Shown here: piece after piece, positions 50,456 through 63,386 of the stretch
Numbering within the stretch: position 1 is the first letter of the stretch
Layout: each line of letters starts with the position of its first letter
DNA from: Ramazzottius varieornatus
Taxonomy: Eukaryota > Animalia > Tardigrada
Assembly (NCBI GenBank): GCA_001949185.1
Contig: BDGG01000001.1
Span: 4,391,624 to 4,455,623 of the forward strand
Direction of reading: 5' to 3'
Length of the DNA: 64,000 nucleotides
Made by a program: the position numbers and the translations under genes
Notes under the pieces: generated by a model
The model's input: the letters and a program-made list of their open reading frames with translations, nothing else
Told to the model about the DNA's origin: nothing
Databases searched by the model: none

Positions 50456-53400
50456 ATGGGATTGATGGGAAACCTTCGTTGCGAATCTCCGCAGTGGACT
50501 ATGGCTTTATGGTTGATCCTATTCCACGCGGCTTTCGCCGTGAATGTCACTATAATCAGTGTTCTGCCATATTCAATAGATGTGGGAGTGAATCTGCGTT
50601 GGACCGGTCCAGCTCTCATAGCAGCCGTCGATGACGCCAATCTTTTGTATGAACCGCGTCATCACGCAGTTCTGAAACTGATTTTTAACGAGAGCCATCA
50701 GTCATGCGATAGAGCCAGGGAAGACGTACCAAGAATGCTGGCGGAATTTTACTACGAGCAGGAGCTAGAAAACTCCTGCGTAGTTATTATTGGTGCAAGT
50801 AAGCTTTTCGTTTTTGGAAATTTTCAGAACGACTATATATTCTTTTTCAGAACGACTATATTGTGTTTTCAGACTGCATTGACATGGACAGCGTTGCTGA
50901 CTTGGCTTGCGGTACGGTCCTTTCTGCTTTAACCACTAGGGCATTAACATTCCTGTACCTGGCTCGGTTGATATTCTCACAGAATGGGATGTCATGGCAT
51001 TTGCGATGTACGTTGGTCGTCCGTCTAACTCTGATTTTACGGGCCCTGAATTCCTCTTACGGAACGAGTATCTTCACTGCTACTGATTTGCTCTTTATTT
51101 GCACTTCAAAGGGGTCCAGTATCGGAAGAAGTCGTGAGCAACGAGGTGGCATTTCTTATGGGAGGTACGTTGAAAACTGAGCTTTTGGTCCTTCTTTCGC
51201 ACTCTATTCTGATGTACGCATATGGGAGGTCGGCATGTAGATTCACCCAGATTGTTGTCCAAAGTGACGCAGCTCCAAGCGGATGACAATGTAAACGTGC
51301 GCCACTCGAGACAGCGACCCAGGTGAAATCAGTTGCCGCCGTCCCATATATGGTGAGGGGTAATCAAACTGCAGGTTCGCGCCTCGGGATGGCGGCTGCA
51401 ACCTTAAGCGTCATGGACCACTACGGCTGGAAGCATGCCACAGTTTTGCTTGAAGAGAGTTCCGTCACAAACGCATATAGTCAGTATGCGAAGAGCTTAC
51501 AGCGGGCAAGACGGACTAAGCGTGCTACATCGATCAGCATCCTTTCCATGCCACAAATTACGGAAGCCGTGTTGGTCGAGGTCCTAAAAGCTGCCCAGAC
51601 CCAAAGCCGAGGTTTGCTTTGTCATATCCATGCACAATAAGTGTTCTGACCTCGAGTCAGTTAAAGTACACGCGCCTGGCCTAACTGTTGGCATGGACNN
51701 NNNNNNNNNNNNNNNNNNNNNNNNNNNNNNNNNNNNNNNNNNNNNNNNAGGCGCGTGTATTAATTTTACGTGACACTGTACTCGTAGTGATGATAATCTC
51801 GGCCCCAGCATCAACTGCCCTGCGGATCTTGGTTGGTACACAAAGCCTATTAAATTTTGCCTGGTTTTGAGCTATGGTCGAATTTCCCATACGCTTTCTT
51901 GATTATTATGAAACAATGCTTTCAGAAGGTGGCCTCCAAACTGAATATGACAGACGGAAACTACGTAAGGTGTTTAAGAAATATTCACGTATGTATACCA
52001 GTAAATGTTCTACAACTGTTATTGTAGGCCTATATCAACTTCCAGGGAACCCTCCAAGAACCGTACGGAAAACTTTCGTTGTTTTCCAACCCTTGTCCCA
52101 AGGTAAGAGCGCGTACGTACTTTTCAGAAAGAAACGTACCGGTCTGAGGCCGCCAACCTGAACCAAAATTCGATGAGCTCCTCTGGGAAGAAAGGAGATC
52201 GGTATTCTGCGATTCGATTGAGATCAAATTTTGCAGGATGTGGCGGCTTTTCAATCCTTGGTTTTCATGACATCCAGACAGAGCCAAGCCGATGCTCGAA
52301 GAAGTGTTTCACTGAATAGGCGTTTGAAAAGCATGTCCCAGAGTCTTTACAACAGCACTTACGATGACGATCTTGAGGTACGTATGATATTTCGAAGATT
52401 TCCGCCGTCTGAGAGTCCGCCGATTGAGGACTATGGGCGGATAGACCCATAACGGCCATAAGTAAATACGCTCTCAGTTTTGATACGTACCGGTACACGC
52501 GCCTGGTCTAATTCCCGGCCTGGACAAAATTTCCGGCCACCGGCCGATAGCGGCAACGCGTCGATTGATTGGTCAGTTTTGCTAGCGGCTGTCGCTTCCG
52601 GCCGGTGGCCGGGAATTTCTCCAGGCCGGGAATTAGGCCAGGCGCGTGTACTGTAAATGATATAATGATATCCAAGCAAAATCTGTTTCAGCCGCTGAAT
52701 TCCATCGTTGTGCGGGCGACCTACGATGCGGTGGACCTCTTCATGAGCCAGCTGCCTGAACCGAATGGCAACGATGTCAGGTGTAGCGGAAAAGCAATGT
52801 CGTCTAAACTTACGAACCGAACGTTTTCTCTTCGGACCGGAATGACCTTCATCGATGAAGAGGGAGTACGCGAGATGGACTGTGTCGTGTACCGGTTCTC
52901 CTCTGCGAAGGAATCCTTAGAGGTTCGTCACTGACGTGTCACTCGCAACGCCTGCACGAAAAGAAGATTTTGTGCGTTTTAGACTGTCGCGTTCTACGAC
53001 TCGTCGAGCCGCGCTCTGTTGTGGGATCATAATGTCACAACGGACTGGCCTAATGGTCTGATACCGGTGGATGTACCGCGATGTGGTTTCGGTGGTTTGT
53101 CCAGTGCGTGCATTCCAACCGGTAACCAAGCTTTTTTTCACGCGAACCAAAGCAGGTAAAGTCATATTTTTCGGGTTCTAGCACGCTCATGGGAAGCTAA
53201 CCTGAAGATGGTGCTTCCTGTCGTCACAACCTCTGCCATCTCTCTTCTCCTGACGATGGTCTGGTTCCGTCAAAGGTATCAAAAGCGTCTCATTCAAAAC
53301 CCGAGCTCAATTTCAACTTTCAAGTGTTGACTTTTTCTTTTTTGTCCATAGCCATTGCCACGATAAATTTGAAAAGAAAACATGGCTACTGGACTCTCAT

Positions 53401-53508
53401 CACCTTAAATTTGGCCGATCTGAAATCAGAACATCGTCGACAAGAACAGTGCTAACTCTATCATTAGTTATCATGTTGAAGAGAGAGTATAACTTTAAGC
53501 GGCCGTAG
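50456..53508 (+). CDS. Natriuretic-peptide-receptor / receptor-GC-like ligand-binding ectodomain + TM + short tail (paralog A)
   Basis: Signal peptide; TGPALIAAVDD; MDHYGWKH; AQTQSR|VMII; KLNMTDGNY; YDAV; NRTFSLRTGMTFIDEEGVRE; WPNGLIPVDVPRCGF (NPR WP.G.PP.D.P.CGF); TM; stop about 55 aa after the TM. Confidence 0.8.
51262..51307. repeat. ~47-bp palindromic element, copy 12 (receptor A intron)
   Basis: AAGTGACGCAG-24nt-GTGCGCCACTC. Confidence 0.7.
51669..51757. mobile_element. TA-flanked MITE spanning an assembly gap (N-run 51699-51748)
   Basis: TA|CACGCGCCTGGCCTAA...AGGCGCGTG|TA; same termini as the 52496 element. Confidence 0.75.
52496..52648. mobile_element. 153-bp Tc1/mariner-type MITE in a receptor A intron
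   Basis: ~50-bp TIRs CACGCGCCTGGTCTAATTCCCGGCCTGGA.. with TA on both sides. Confidence 0.88.
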
Positions 53509-56227
53509 TATGCTTACTTGGATTCTGAGTACGAAGGATCGTGTTGCAGTTGGCAGGTTGTCGACTTCCGTAGATCGCGTTAAGACTTTATATTAGTTGC
53601 GGAAGTATGAGTTGTCCCCTTTTTTCGTGCACCAACTTCAAAAAAATGTTTTCTCCCGTTTGAGCGAAGTGGTTCACCTCCAAATTTTTGCGATATGATG
53701 CATCATTATTCAGCTTTCGAAGTTGCTCGTGGATGTTCAAATCGTCGGTCTTCGTCGAGCTGCAAATTCAGTTGAGTGACAGTGACTGTTTTGCGAAAAA
53801 CCCGTCACGTTCGCGAAAACAATTTTTCCGTGCGCCTTAATCCCTCCGAAAACGTGATGATGTCTGCAGAACTTACTGTCAAACATTCTCCCAAAAGCAC
53901 TATCAGATTATTTTTTGAAGCAAAAATCCCAAAGTTATCCGAGTGGAAACTCGGGCATGAGTCCAGACACTGAATCGTGCCTCGCGAGGGCTCTGGGAGT
54001 TTGATCGTTAATCCACTTCGGCCAGAAATAGAGCACAACCTGTTGCATCTGCTGAACATCCTACCGAAGGTTTCAGGAAGTCCATGAGACTGGATAATTT
54101 AGTTCGGACTACTTCACTAAAGTGGCGCACTTTGAAAGCTGGTTTTACACTCGGAAAAACGGAAATTCTTGTTTTCAAAATTGCTAGAAAAAGCGTTATG
54201 AGTCGGAAAACGACGTATGATCTGAATACCGTGCCTATGAAGTTCGACGAAGCACACCGAACAAATTGAAAATCATTGTGTTTAAGCGTCTTCACTTCCC
54301 ATAGTTATCCAACTAGACAAAGCGTTCTTCCGGAACTGTTCTGGTACGTGTATGCAATGCAATGCGATGTATACACGTACTGTTGCTGGTCAGCTCCATT
54401 GTACTTCTTTGTTCGCCAGCTCCATCCAGTAATTCGCCATGTCCGGCTGTTAGCTTCTCCGGCTTTTGGGCAAAAATTGACTGGCATAAATATGATCATA
54501 AAGTCTGCTTGACGAAACATTCTCAATACACAAGTTCATTCGCGTTACTCGCATCTCGCGAAATTCTCAACCGCCATCCCACCCTTCATTCTCTTGTTTT
54601 TTATTTCTTAATAAAAATGGGGTCCATGAGCTTGCCCACGGGACCGGTGCAGCTCAGAGGAACAGGTAGAAGGCTGATGCACCGAGTCCTTCTTGGTATC
54701 ACACCCAGACTCTGTACTGTATCAACTCGAGTCTAGCTGTATCGACGTCACCCATCGATGAGATCAGATGATCTCTACATGCCCAAAACAAACTCTTCCG
54801 CGTTCGCTTATCAAGAATAGCACATTTGATTTGGATCTGGAGTAGTGGGGTACGCGCTTGGCGGCATCTGCAGATATACAATACTGTAGTGCTCCTAAAT
54901 TAACGCTTGACAATTCGAAATCCCTGTACGAGTACCTGTCAGGTTCTGCCTCTACAGACGCGTTTCGAATCAGCACGCTGATTGCTCTTTTGCTGAGTGC
55001 AACCGTTATGGATAGAATTCGTTACTTTACCCAGATATCATCCCATTTTGCCTTAACACGCATCTGCAAAATACTTTTGTTGTTTTCCGTCATTTTTGTT
55101 TTGTAACGCTTTGTGCCTCATTCGAAGCTTTCAAATTAAAATAATTTTCTGGCCTGGTAGTTTGCTGTTGTTTCCATGTTGTTAGCTCCCCGGAATTTTC
55201 TGTCCATTCGCGACATGATAAGTAACATCACGTGGAACATTTTCCACATGCAAGAGTAATTCCGAGATTTTCGTCCCCCGGGATTTTTGGGGATTTTCCG
55301 GGATTTGATTTGCCCAAAAGTGGCTACCTCCGAGCAGAGCATAAAACCGTTCGAGATTCGAAAAACCGAGCGGACTGTTTCCGACAATTTCCAAACTAAG
55401 CGAAAACAAGTGGTAAAATTTTCCTAAAAGCGTAAACGGAACCGAACTGGAAAAAATGATAATGTGAACCGAACGGAAATCAACCGTGCCAAGTCTGTCG
55501 TGCACCTGCAAAATTCGTCACAAAAATGGCCTCTTTGTAGCCAGATGGTAGTGTTTTCATGCTTTGGTTCAACTTTCAGGGGCTGTGCTTATCGATTTGC
55601 TTGGAAATTATATTTTGACGTCAACCATTTTTGAGCGGAACAAGCGGGACGTTTGGAAACCGAAAACCGAACGGAAAGAAGCGGACAACAAAGCCATGTT
55701 TTCGAAAACGGAAGTGGACCAACATCCGCCCGTTTCGCTTCGGTTCCGCTTAGCAGGCCACTTTTATGCTCTGCCTCCAAGATTTTAGCTCAACGGGATT
55801 TTTTATGATTTCACGGGATTAGGTTACCCGAGATATAGTACCACCGGGACTGGAGCCCGGAAATACTGGGTCGCGGTATATCGGAATCCCGGGATTTCGA
55901 ACCGGTACCAGTTCAATTATGTAGTCTTGCGTACGACTTGCACCGCGGGGTCGTGATCTTCACGGGACGTTTGGCTTCTGGAAAATGTCGTCAAGGTCTT
56001 CCGGATCCGGTAATCCTGTGACAAAATACTGGTAACATCGAACGCCTGACTTGTCTCCTGCGAGTACTTGGATTTCACCAGTTACCGATCACAGCTTTTC
56101 TTGCTCATGATCATGATCGTATCCGTCGCGACCGCGACTCAGTATTCGGATGACAGTATTCTTTGTTCTTACACCGCGGCACCCTTAAGTAATTATGAAA
56201 ACTTTTGGCGAGAAGTTCGTTCAACAG

Positions 56228-59066
56228 ATGAAACTTCTTCTCTTCATAGTCTTCTTTGGAGCTTCCGCCTTCAACGTTACAATAATCAGCCTTCTGCCAT
56301 ACTCGATAGATGTGAGAGTGAACCTGCGTTGGACAGGTCCAGCTCTGATAGCAGCCGTTGATGACACCAATCTTCTGTTTGAGCCGCGTTATCACGCAGT
56401 TTTGAAATTAATTTTCAATGAGAGCCATAAATCGTGTGACGAGTCCAAGGAGGATATATCGCGATTGCTGGCTGAATATTATTATGGCAGAAAGCTAGAC
56501 GGTTCTTGTGTGGCTCTGGTTGGCGCGCGTAAGCATCCACATAATCCCATTTGACCATTTCCTATATACAATTTCACAGAGGACGACATCTTTTAGTCTG
56601 TACGGATATAAAAAGCGTTGCGGATTTGGCAAGAGGTAAGTATTAATAACAAGACTTATCCCGACCTAGATGGCAACATTTATTTTTGACAGAATGGAAT
56701 GTCCTTGCATTTGCAATGTACGTGGGCTCTGTGACATAATATTATGGACGTTAGATGGGTCGTGGGGGAATGGCGAGGAGCAGATCGCCATCTCTAGTGA
56801 CGCACTTTTAAATGTTATCGGCGCGCCACTTAGTGAGACGATCTGGATCAACTCATTCGCCCATTTCCCAGCTGTTCTCTCTTCCATATTACGGAATAAT
56901 ACTTCAGTGATTACTGGATGATCGGCAGGGGACCGGTTTCGGAAGAGGTCGTCACCAATGATTTGGCATTTGTAATGGGGGGTAAGGGACCGCTGGTCAC
57001 ATCATGACGGTACAGCTAGCTTATAATTCTTCTACGAATTGGTCAACTGTTACAGGGTCAAGCCTTGGGATGGCATTAGCGACCTGGGGCGTTATGGAAC
57101 ACTACGCTTGGAAGCACGCCACGATCTTGCTTGATGCAAATTCTTTCACAAATCTTTACAGCCAGTTCGCCGAGACCCTGCTAAGAGCAAGCAGAAGCAA
57201 TCGAATTAGCGGCATTTCGCTTTCCCTCATTTCCATAAAGCAGATCACGGAAGCCAATCTGGTCAAGAGCCTGAAAACGGCGCAGCTCCAAAGCCGAGGT
57301 GCGTATAACCACTGTATATTAACTAGAGTCCAGAGCTTCCAATTGTTTCAAAACAGCACGCAAACTCGTCGTGAAAAGCCCAAAAACCACACGTGAAATT
57401 TCATACGCTTTCATCGTTTCATAAAGTGATGATCATCTCAGCTCCTGCAGCCACGGCGTTACGAATGCTGGTAGGTGCAGAAAACTTGTGTTCCATAGTC
57501 AATCCTCGGCTCGTTTGTTACTTCAGCTTCTCGAATTTGTAACCGAATTTGCAGAGGATCGCTTCCCGGCTGAATATGACCAACGGAAATTACGTAAGTT
57601 TGTGTTGGTAAATGGGACATCGGCAAACGACTTGCACATGACCGTTTCGCCGCGTGGCGCACACTTACAGCCAATGCCAATGAGAGCACCCACCACTTGA
57701 GATAACGATCGTGTTCAGAACTTCAGGTCGTTTGTTGACGCCGCAAATTTTGCCTGTAGTACATCCGCAAGACCGTTACGCAACTCTCCTTATGGCTCTT
57801 TCAGGCCTTCATCAACTTCCAAAACACTCTTCAAGAACCCTATGGAAAACTTTCTGACTTTGCCAATCCGTCGCCGGCCGTACGTTTGTGGTCCCTTAGG
57901 CGTGTAAAACGGTTGTCGATATACAGTCATATAGACAGTGCCGCAGCAGAAACGAAAGTCAGTAGCTCAAACTTTACAGGATCTACCTGCTGTCCAGTCC
58001 CTAATATTCCTGACGCCCAGACAAAACGAGCTCGAGGCCCAAAGAAACAAGCCGCTGAATGATCGGTTGAAGGCATTGTCACGGGACCTGTACAACGCTA
58101 CCTACGATGAGGATAGCCAGGTGAGCATTTCATACTGCTGTAGCACCAGTGCAAAGCAACCGCTTCCCTCTACTTGACAGACCGTTTTTTTCTGGCTTTC
58201 AGCCTCTAGACGCCGTCGTGGTCCGCGCAACATATGACAGCGTTGACTTCTTTATGAGACTACTGAACACATCGATGGATACCGATGGTAAGTTTACGTG
58301 CAGCGGAAGAAATTTAGCGTTGAAGGCGACGAACCGGACATTCTCCCTTCGGACTGGCGTGTCCTTTATTGACGAGAACGGAGTTCGGCAGCTGGACACT
58401 GCCGTCTACCGGTTTTCCTTAACCACAAACTCAATGCAGGTAAGCGTCCGTACATAACATTCTTCCAGTCTGTAAAGCGGGCCCCGACGTTTCCGCCGTT
58501 TGCTTGTTTTAGGTTGTGGGGTTCTTCGACTTGTCGAGCCGGCTCTTGCTGTGGGATTCCAATGTTACCGCGGACTGGCCTAATGGCATAATACCAGTCG
58601 ATATGCCTCCATGTGGCTTTGCTGGCTTATCTGAAGCCTGTATTCCAACCAGTAAGCGAATGCTCGCAAAGAAATCCAGTCCATAAATGCCATTACAGGA
58701 TTACAATATACGATTTCGAATTCTAGACCATTCATGGGTGGACGACCTAAAGGTGGCGTTCCCGATCGTTGCGAGCTTCGCCGTCTTGCTTCTCATGACC
58801 AGCGTATGGTATCAACACAAGTATGCTGAAAGTCTGAAAGCAATTCGATTATGCACATGTGCAGCGGTGGTACGCAGTTTCCGTAATCGCGTTTTACTTT
58901 TGTTTTTGCTTCTAGTCATTCCCGCAGCAAACATGAGACGGAAAGTTGGATTCTCGATCCTGCCCTCCTAAGGTCATATCAAACCGAAACCTCATCGGTG
59001 AAGACCACAGTTAACGTTACCGTATCCTTGATCGGCTTGCTAAAGAAAGAGTTTAACTTTGGCTAG
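56228..59066 (+). CDS. Natriuretic-peptide-receptor-like ectodomain + TM + short tail (paralog B, tandem duplicate of A)
   Basis: First exon highly similar to A (NVTIISLLPYSIDV.VNLRWTGPALIAAVDD); same exon structure; tail ends SLIGLLKKEFNFG*. Confidence 0.8.
57652..57698. repeat. ~47-bp palindromic element, copy 13 (receptor B intron), right arm degenerate
   Basis: GCGTGGCGCAC-25nt-ACCCACCACTT. Confidence 0.6.
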
Positions 59067-60149
59067 CCAGTTCTCCATGTTCTGTTCACATGTTCTTAAC
59101 GGGTCTCAAGTGTTTGTTCATATCATGACCATAGCCTGGGAAGAAATCGACGAAAGAACGTAAAAGAATCTAGAAGAACTAGAAGGGCTGCTCGTGGTCG
59201 TCAGTATAAGGATTACTAAATACAATCTGATGATTCTTTCTGCACAGCCGCTTGACTCTGGTCTTCGGCTCATGCAGACGACCTTCAAACAGTTCCCGAT
59301 ATCACGGTATTTTCCAAGGTTTCATCTTTGTGCTTGCAAGTAGGATTCTATCGTTGGTCTTGCAAGAACAGATTACCGGAGGCGCTTTCAAACACTGTGT
59401 TGTGAACTTGTAATGAAGTGCGCGCGCTTTGAAGTCAGAGTTTCAGACCAACGAAACCCTGCGATAACCCTCCGATCCGGGCCGTTCGACGACACAAGAT
59501 CCAGTAAACACTGCATATTGTAACTCCTGCACTTGAGCTTTGGATTTAAGAGATCTGGGCGTAAGTCTTCAGTCTGACCAAGATCTTAGTTTAAGTTTAA
59601 AAGATCTGGGGCAGACTGAATTGACGTTACCGGTTTTCGTGATCTTGGGTTACGACTGCAAAGATAATCTTTTCATTCAGTGTGAGGATCTGCATGTTTC
59701 GTAGGCCTTCACTAATCTCCGAGGTACGCTCCAGGAGCCATAAAGAAAAATTGCCGCTGGTTTTAACCCTTCTCCTACGGTGAAAGTTCTCCGAGCCTGC
59801 AAACTTGGCACATTTACCGTTCTAGCGGTGTCGTTTAATTTAACTATTCAACATTTAACTACCGTAGTGCTACCAAACTATCGCGCACTCGGCCACATGA
59901 TGAGTCATCGTTGCCCATTTTGATCAGATGTTATCAGTCTAGCTTTTCCGCCTCTCACCAGGGCATCATTTACTGTTCCCGTGGTTGAGAGCGCGATAAT
60001 TTGGTAGCAGTACAGTACTGTATGGTATACATCAACTCTGGTTGTAGCCGCTTGAGATGACAAACCCCTCGAGACTGTACACGAGCCTCCCAATTCTTCC
60101 CTCAGATTCAAACCGAGAGTATGAGATACTATACCCGTTCTGTGATCCA

Positions 60150-60652
60150 GAGCGTGGGCTCCTTCGACTCATCCCCGCACCTTGTTCTTTCCAGTGTTAC
60201 GGCGGACTGGCGTAACGGTACAACGCCGATTGATATGCTTCGCTGTGGCTTCCACGACTTATCGAACAGTGTAACCTTCAAAGTAGGCGCAGAATCTGTT
60301 TGCTCTTTTTTTTCGTAGGTTTCAGCTGACATTTCCGTGCTGTAGGTCGCTCGTGCGGTGATGACCTTAAAGTGGCGCTTCAGGTTGTCATAATCCTTGG
60401 GATTTCGCTGATAGTAGCCACCATATGGTGTTTTGCTGGTATCGTAGCGCTCAAATGAAGGGATTCCATTCCTTGAATTGTTATCAGTTTAGATATGGGA
60501 GGCTTTTTCACTTTCTCAGACTGTTTCCTTTTTGCACTCATTCACACGGCAAGCGCGAGAAAACAATGTGTTTTTTGGAGACCACACTGATTGATTCCTA
60601 TCGCAGCAAAGACTCTTCCGTGGCCACAACACTGACTAATTTCCTGGTATGA
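60150..60652 (+). pseudogene. 3' three exons of a third receptor paralog
   Basis: VTADWRNGTTPIDMLRCGF, DDLKVALQVVIILGISLIVATIW and HSHGKREKT..SYRSKDSSV align with the terminal exons of paralogs A/B; no upstream exons recognisable. Confidence 0.7.
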
Positions 60653-60842
60653 AAAGCGCATTGCCCGAAAAAAATACAACTCTTAACAGCACAAAGATTG
60701 AACTCAGTTCGGAAAAACTAAAAGCTAATTCGTACTTTCCTTCAGTTTATTTTCGGCTATAAGAGTTTGAAAACAAATTTTCTTCGAATAGGTTCTGTGG
60801 CACAGGAGATAATCACATCAGCTAAAAGTGAAGGTTCCGCTT

Positions 60843-62571
60843 CTAGAAAGCGCGATCCCGCTGTCTTCCGTGAAACGCGTTATGGCCATTATTTGACGCG
60901 TACGTAGGTTCGGTTTCCGAATGGCCATTCCCCGATAGCTCGTGGGATTCCGGGTACTGTTCCATGTAGTAGTAGTTTGTGCTCGGGTTGTACCCACTGT
61001 TAACAGCGGACTGTGTTCCATACGACGACTCGTACTGTCTTCGTTTACGCTGACGTCGGTTCCACCAGAAGCACAATGCGAGGATCAAGGCTATAAGTAA
61101 GATAGCAGCAAGGATGCCGATGGCCGTCATCAGGTTCTTCAAAGGCCAGCACACTTTGTCCCTTCTGTCGTACTGTTCTTCCGCGATGGGTTGTATGGCG
61201 TCCAGATCCGTGTTGACCACTTGAACGGAGTTTACCACGTCGGCACGTTCGACCACGCGAGCTTGACGCCAGTTGTCATCTGGACTCACGGCTTGCCGGG
61301 TCTTCCGAGACTGTGATCCGGAGAAGCATTTTTGCTGCAACATGACCGTCTCACGAGACGAATATCAGTTGGGTTGACTCTGCTTCATGCGGCTGTACCA
61401 AGAAACATGGCTTACCTTTGGACAGGCAGTCTCGCAAACTACAACTTGACATGTCAAGTACAGACGAGTGCGATCTGGGAATTTGAAAGCGGGGAACCTG
61501 GTCCAGTGTGTTTGAACGTCAGGACTTCCGTCTTGCTGTTTGGCGAAACCAGGGACCAGATTACTGTCCAGTGGACATCTGAAACGAGAAAAAGGGTTTC
61601 TTCACGTGGCGCCCTCTGTGGTGTAGCCACGACCAAGAACGACCGGAACTGGGGCCAGCGGCCAACCTTACCCATTCTCGTCGATAAATCTTTCTGGTTC
61701 GTCGGAAGTTCCATCGCTTGCGTAGCAGTTGTTCACAATGCTGTCTTGGTTAGCTAAAAGGGTAAGATTTTGCTGGATTGCACACGAAGATTCGACGGAA
61801 GCACGCGACCTACGATTGACATGAGCTCGGACAAGGAGGCCGATGGTTTCTCCCACTTTGATGGGCCCACGCAATTTTGTTCCGTCTATCCGCGGTCCCC
61901 GGATAACTTCCATCCAGGAAGGAGTCATCACTTGGATGGTGTTTGCGTCGGTTATGGACCCTTGCGCAACTGAACTACCATCGTCAGCCGAGGACTCACA
62001 TTCTTTGATCATTCGGACATCTGTGTCTTGCTGAAGTAGAGGATGGTATTGGATATATAGCCGAACGTGGTGAACCACCTTGTTCTTATTGGTCTGGAAA
62101 AGCAAAGATACCATAAGCAACACATTGTCAAGAAACAGCAAACAATTACACTATTTTAAAGAATCAGAAAATGTTGGTCAATGAAGAATGCAAAATCATT
62201 TTCACATTGACTTCCGACTGGACTGTTATGATTCCGCATTGCTTGACAGGAAGCGAGAGATCAAGTTTGTTGGTGCCCTTGCCCAGCATCCGGCAGTCGC
62301 GGTTGGTGTCACCGACATAGACGATGCCATCAAAGCTCGATTCGGTCTTCAGCGTTATCGAAACCACCTTGCTCGTGCACTGAAGCTGCACAACTGCAGT
62401 TAGAAAAAAAGGTTTGATAATTTCGACAATATTTTGGTTTGGAAAGTGTTATAAGTACTCACCGGGAGGGCTGATAGGCTTCTTGTGAAACACTGCATGA
62501 GCGATCGGCAAAAGGGATAAATGGACTAGAATTATTCCAAAATAGATCCAAGAGAAACTTAAATGGGACAT
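60843..62571 (-). CDS. ZP-domain (cuticlin/dusky-like) transmembrane protein
   Basis: Signal peptide. ZP-N LQCT..FDGIVY..C..CG. ZP-C VGE..VNNCYASDG..FIDENGCPLD..FPAFKFPD..LYLTCQVVVC..CP. Basic cleavage site RKTR; TM; short tail. Confidence 0.9.
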
Positions 62572-63386
62572 CTTCCAATCGTTTGTGCGTTGAGGAGTGT
62601 CCAATGAAAACTACTCTCTATGGAAGGGACAGTTTCCGTTTTCTGTTCACATGTTCGATAGATGAGAGGTCACAAAGGAAGGAACCAGGAACTAAGCAAA
62701 CGTTCCCCAAGATATGATTGACTTCTAAATGTTAATGAATCAACGTAGCGAGCATACAGTATGCGTGGATGTGGCCCGACCAGAAGGAAATTACGGTGTC
62801 TACGAACTTTTGACGATGGCAGAACAAGTGCAGCGAGAACATTGTACGAGTTCTTGGCCCGCAAAAAATCATGGTTGAATATTATTAGCATTCTGACTCA
62901 CGAGGCCTGTTGCGATAAGCAGGTAAAGTGCATGGGCTGGTCTTTCAGCAGACAATTTTAATTACCAGCGATGAGAAAGAAACCTGCTGAAGTGATGCAA
63001 GCGGTAGCGCGTTCTTCGCGACCTCAGGCAAAACGGCAGTCATGACTGTAAACGGAAGACCACGCTCGACCAACTCCGAACTCTCACGCAGGTGGCGACC
63101 AGTCATGCACGGCTAGAAGCCGAGAACGCGAAGCAGCAACCAGAAAGAAAGCTGTCTTTGGTTTTCTGAACATTCCCCAAACTTCGGAGGAGCGAAAAAG
63201 ACATCCCGGAAACTTCTCCCTCCATGCCTGAGGCTTTCGAACTGATAAGAAGGTCCACAAAAGACAGGTTCTGATTCGTCACAACCTGCAAACATTGACC
63301 CACACGTTTACTGCGAGAAGTATGCAGGTTTGCGCAAAATTTAAAGGTGCAGATCTGAATCCGCCTCACACCTGCATACATGAGCT

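Noticed and set aside
55255-55912. CGGGATT-rich segment resembling hAT subterminal repeats
   Set aside because: No matching TIR pair or TSD could be identified; probably a TE relic but the bounds are unsupported.
1048-57698. Palindromic repeats as a CRISPR array or attC-like integron sites
   Set aside because: The copies are dispersed in spliceosomal introns of a eukaryote, with no regular spacers, cassette structure, cas genes or integrase.
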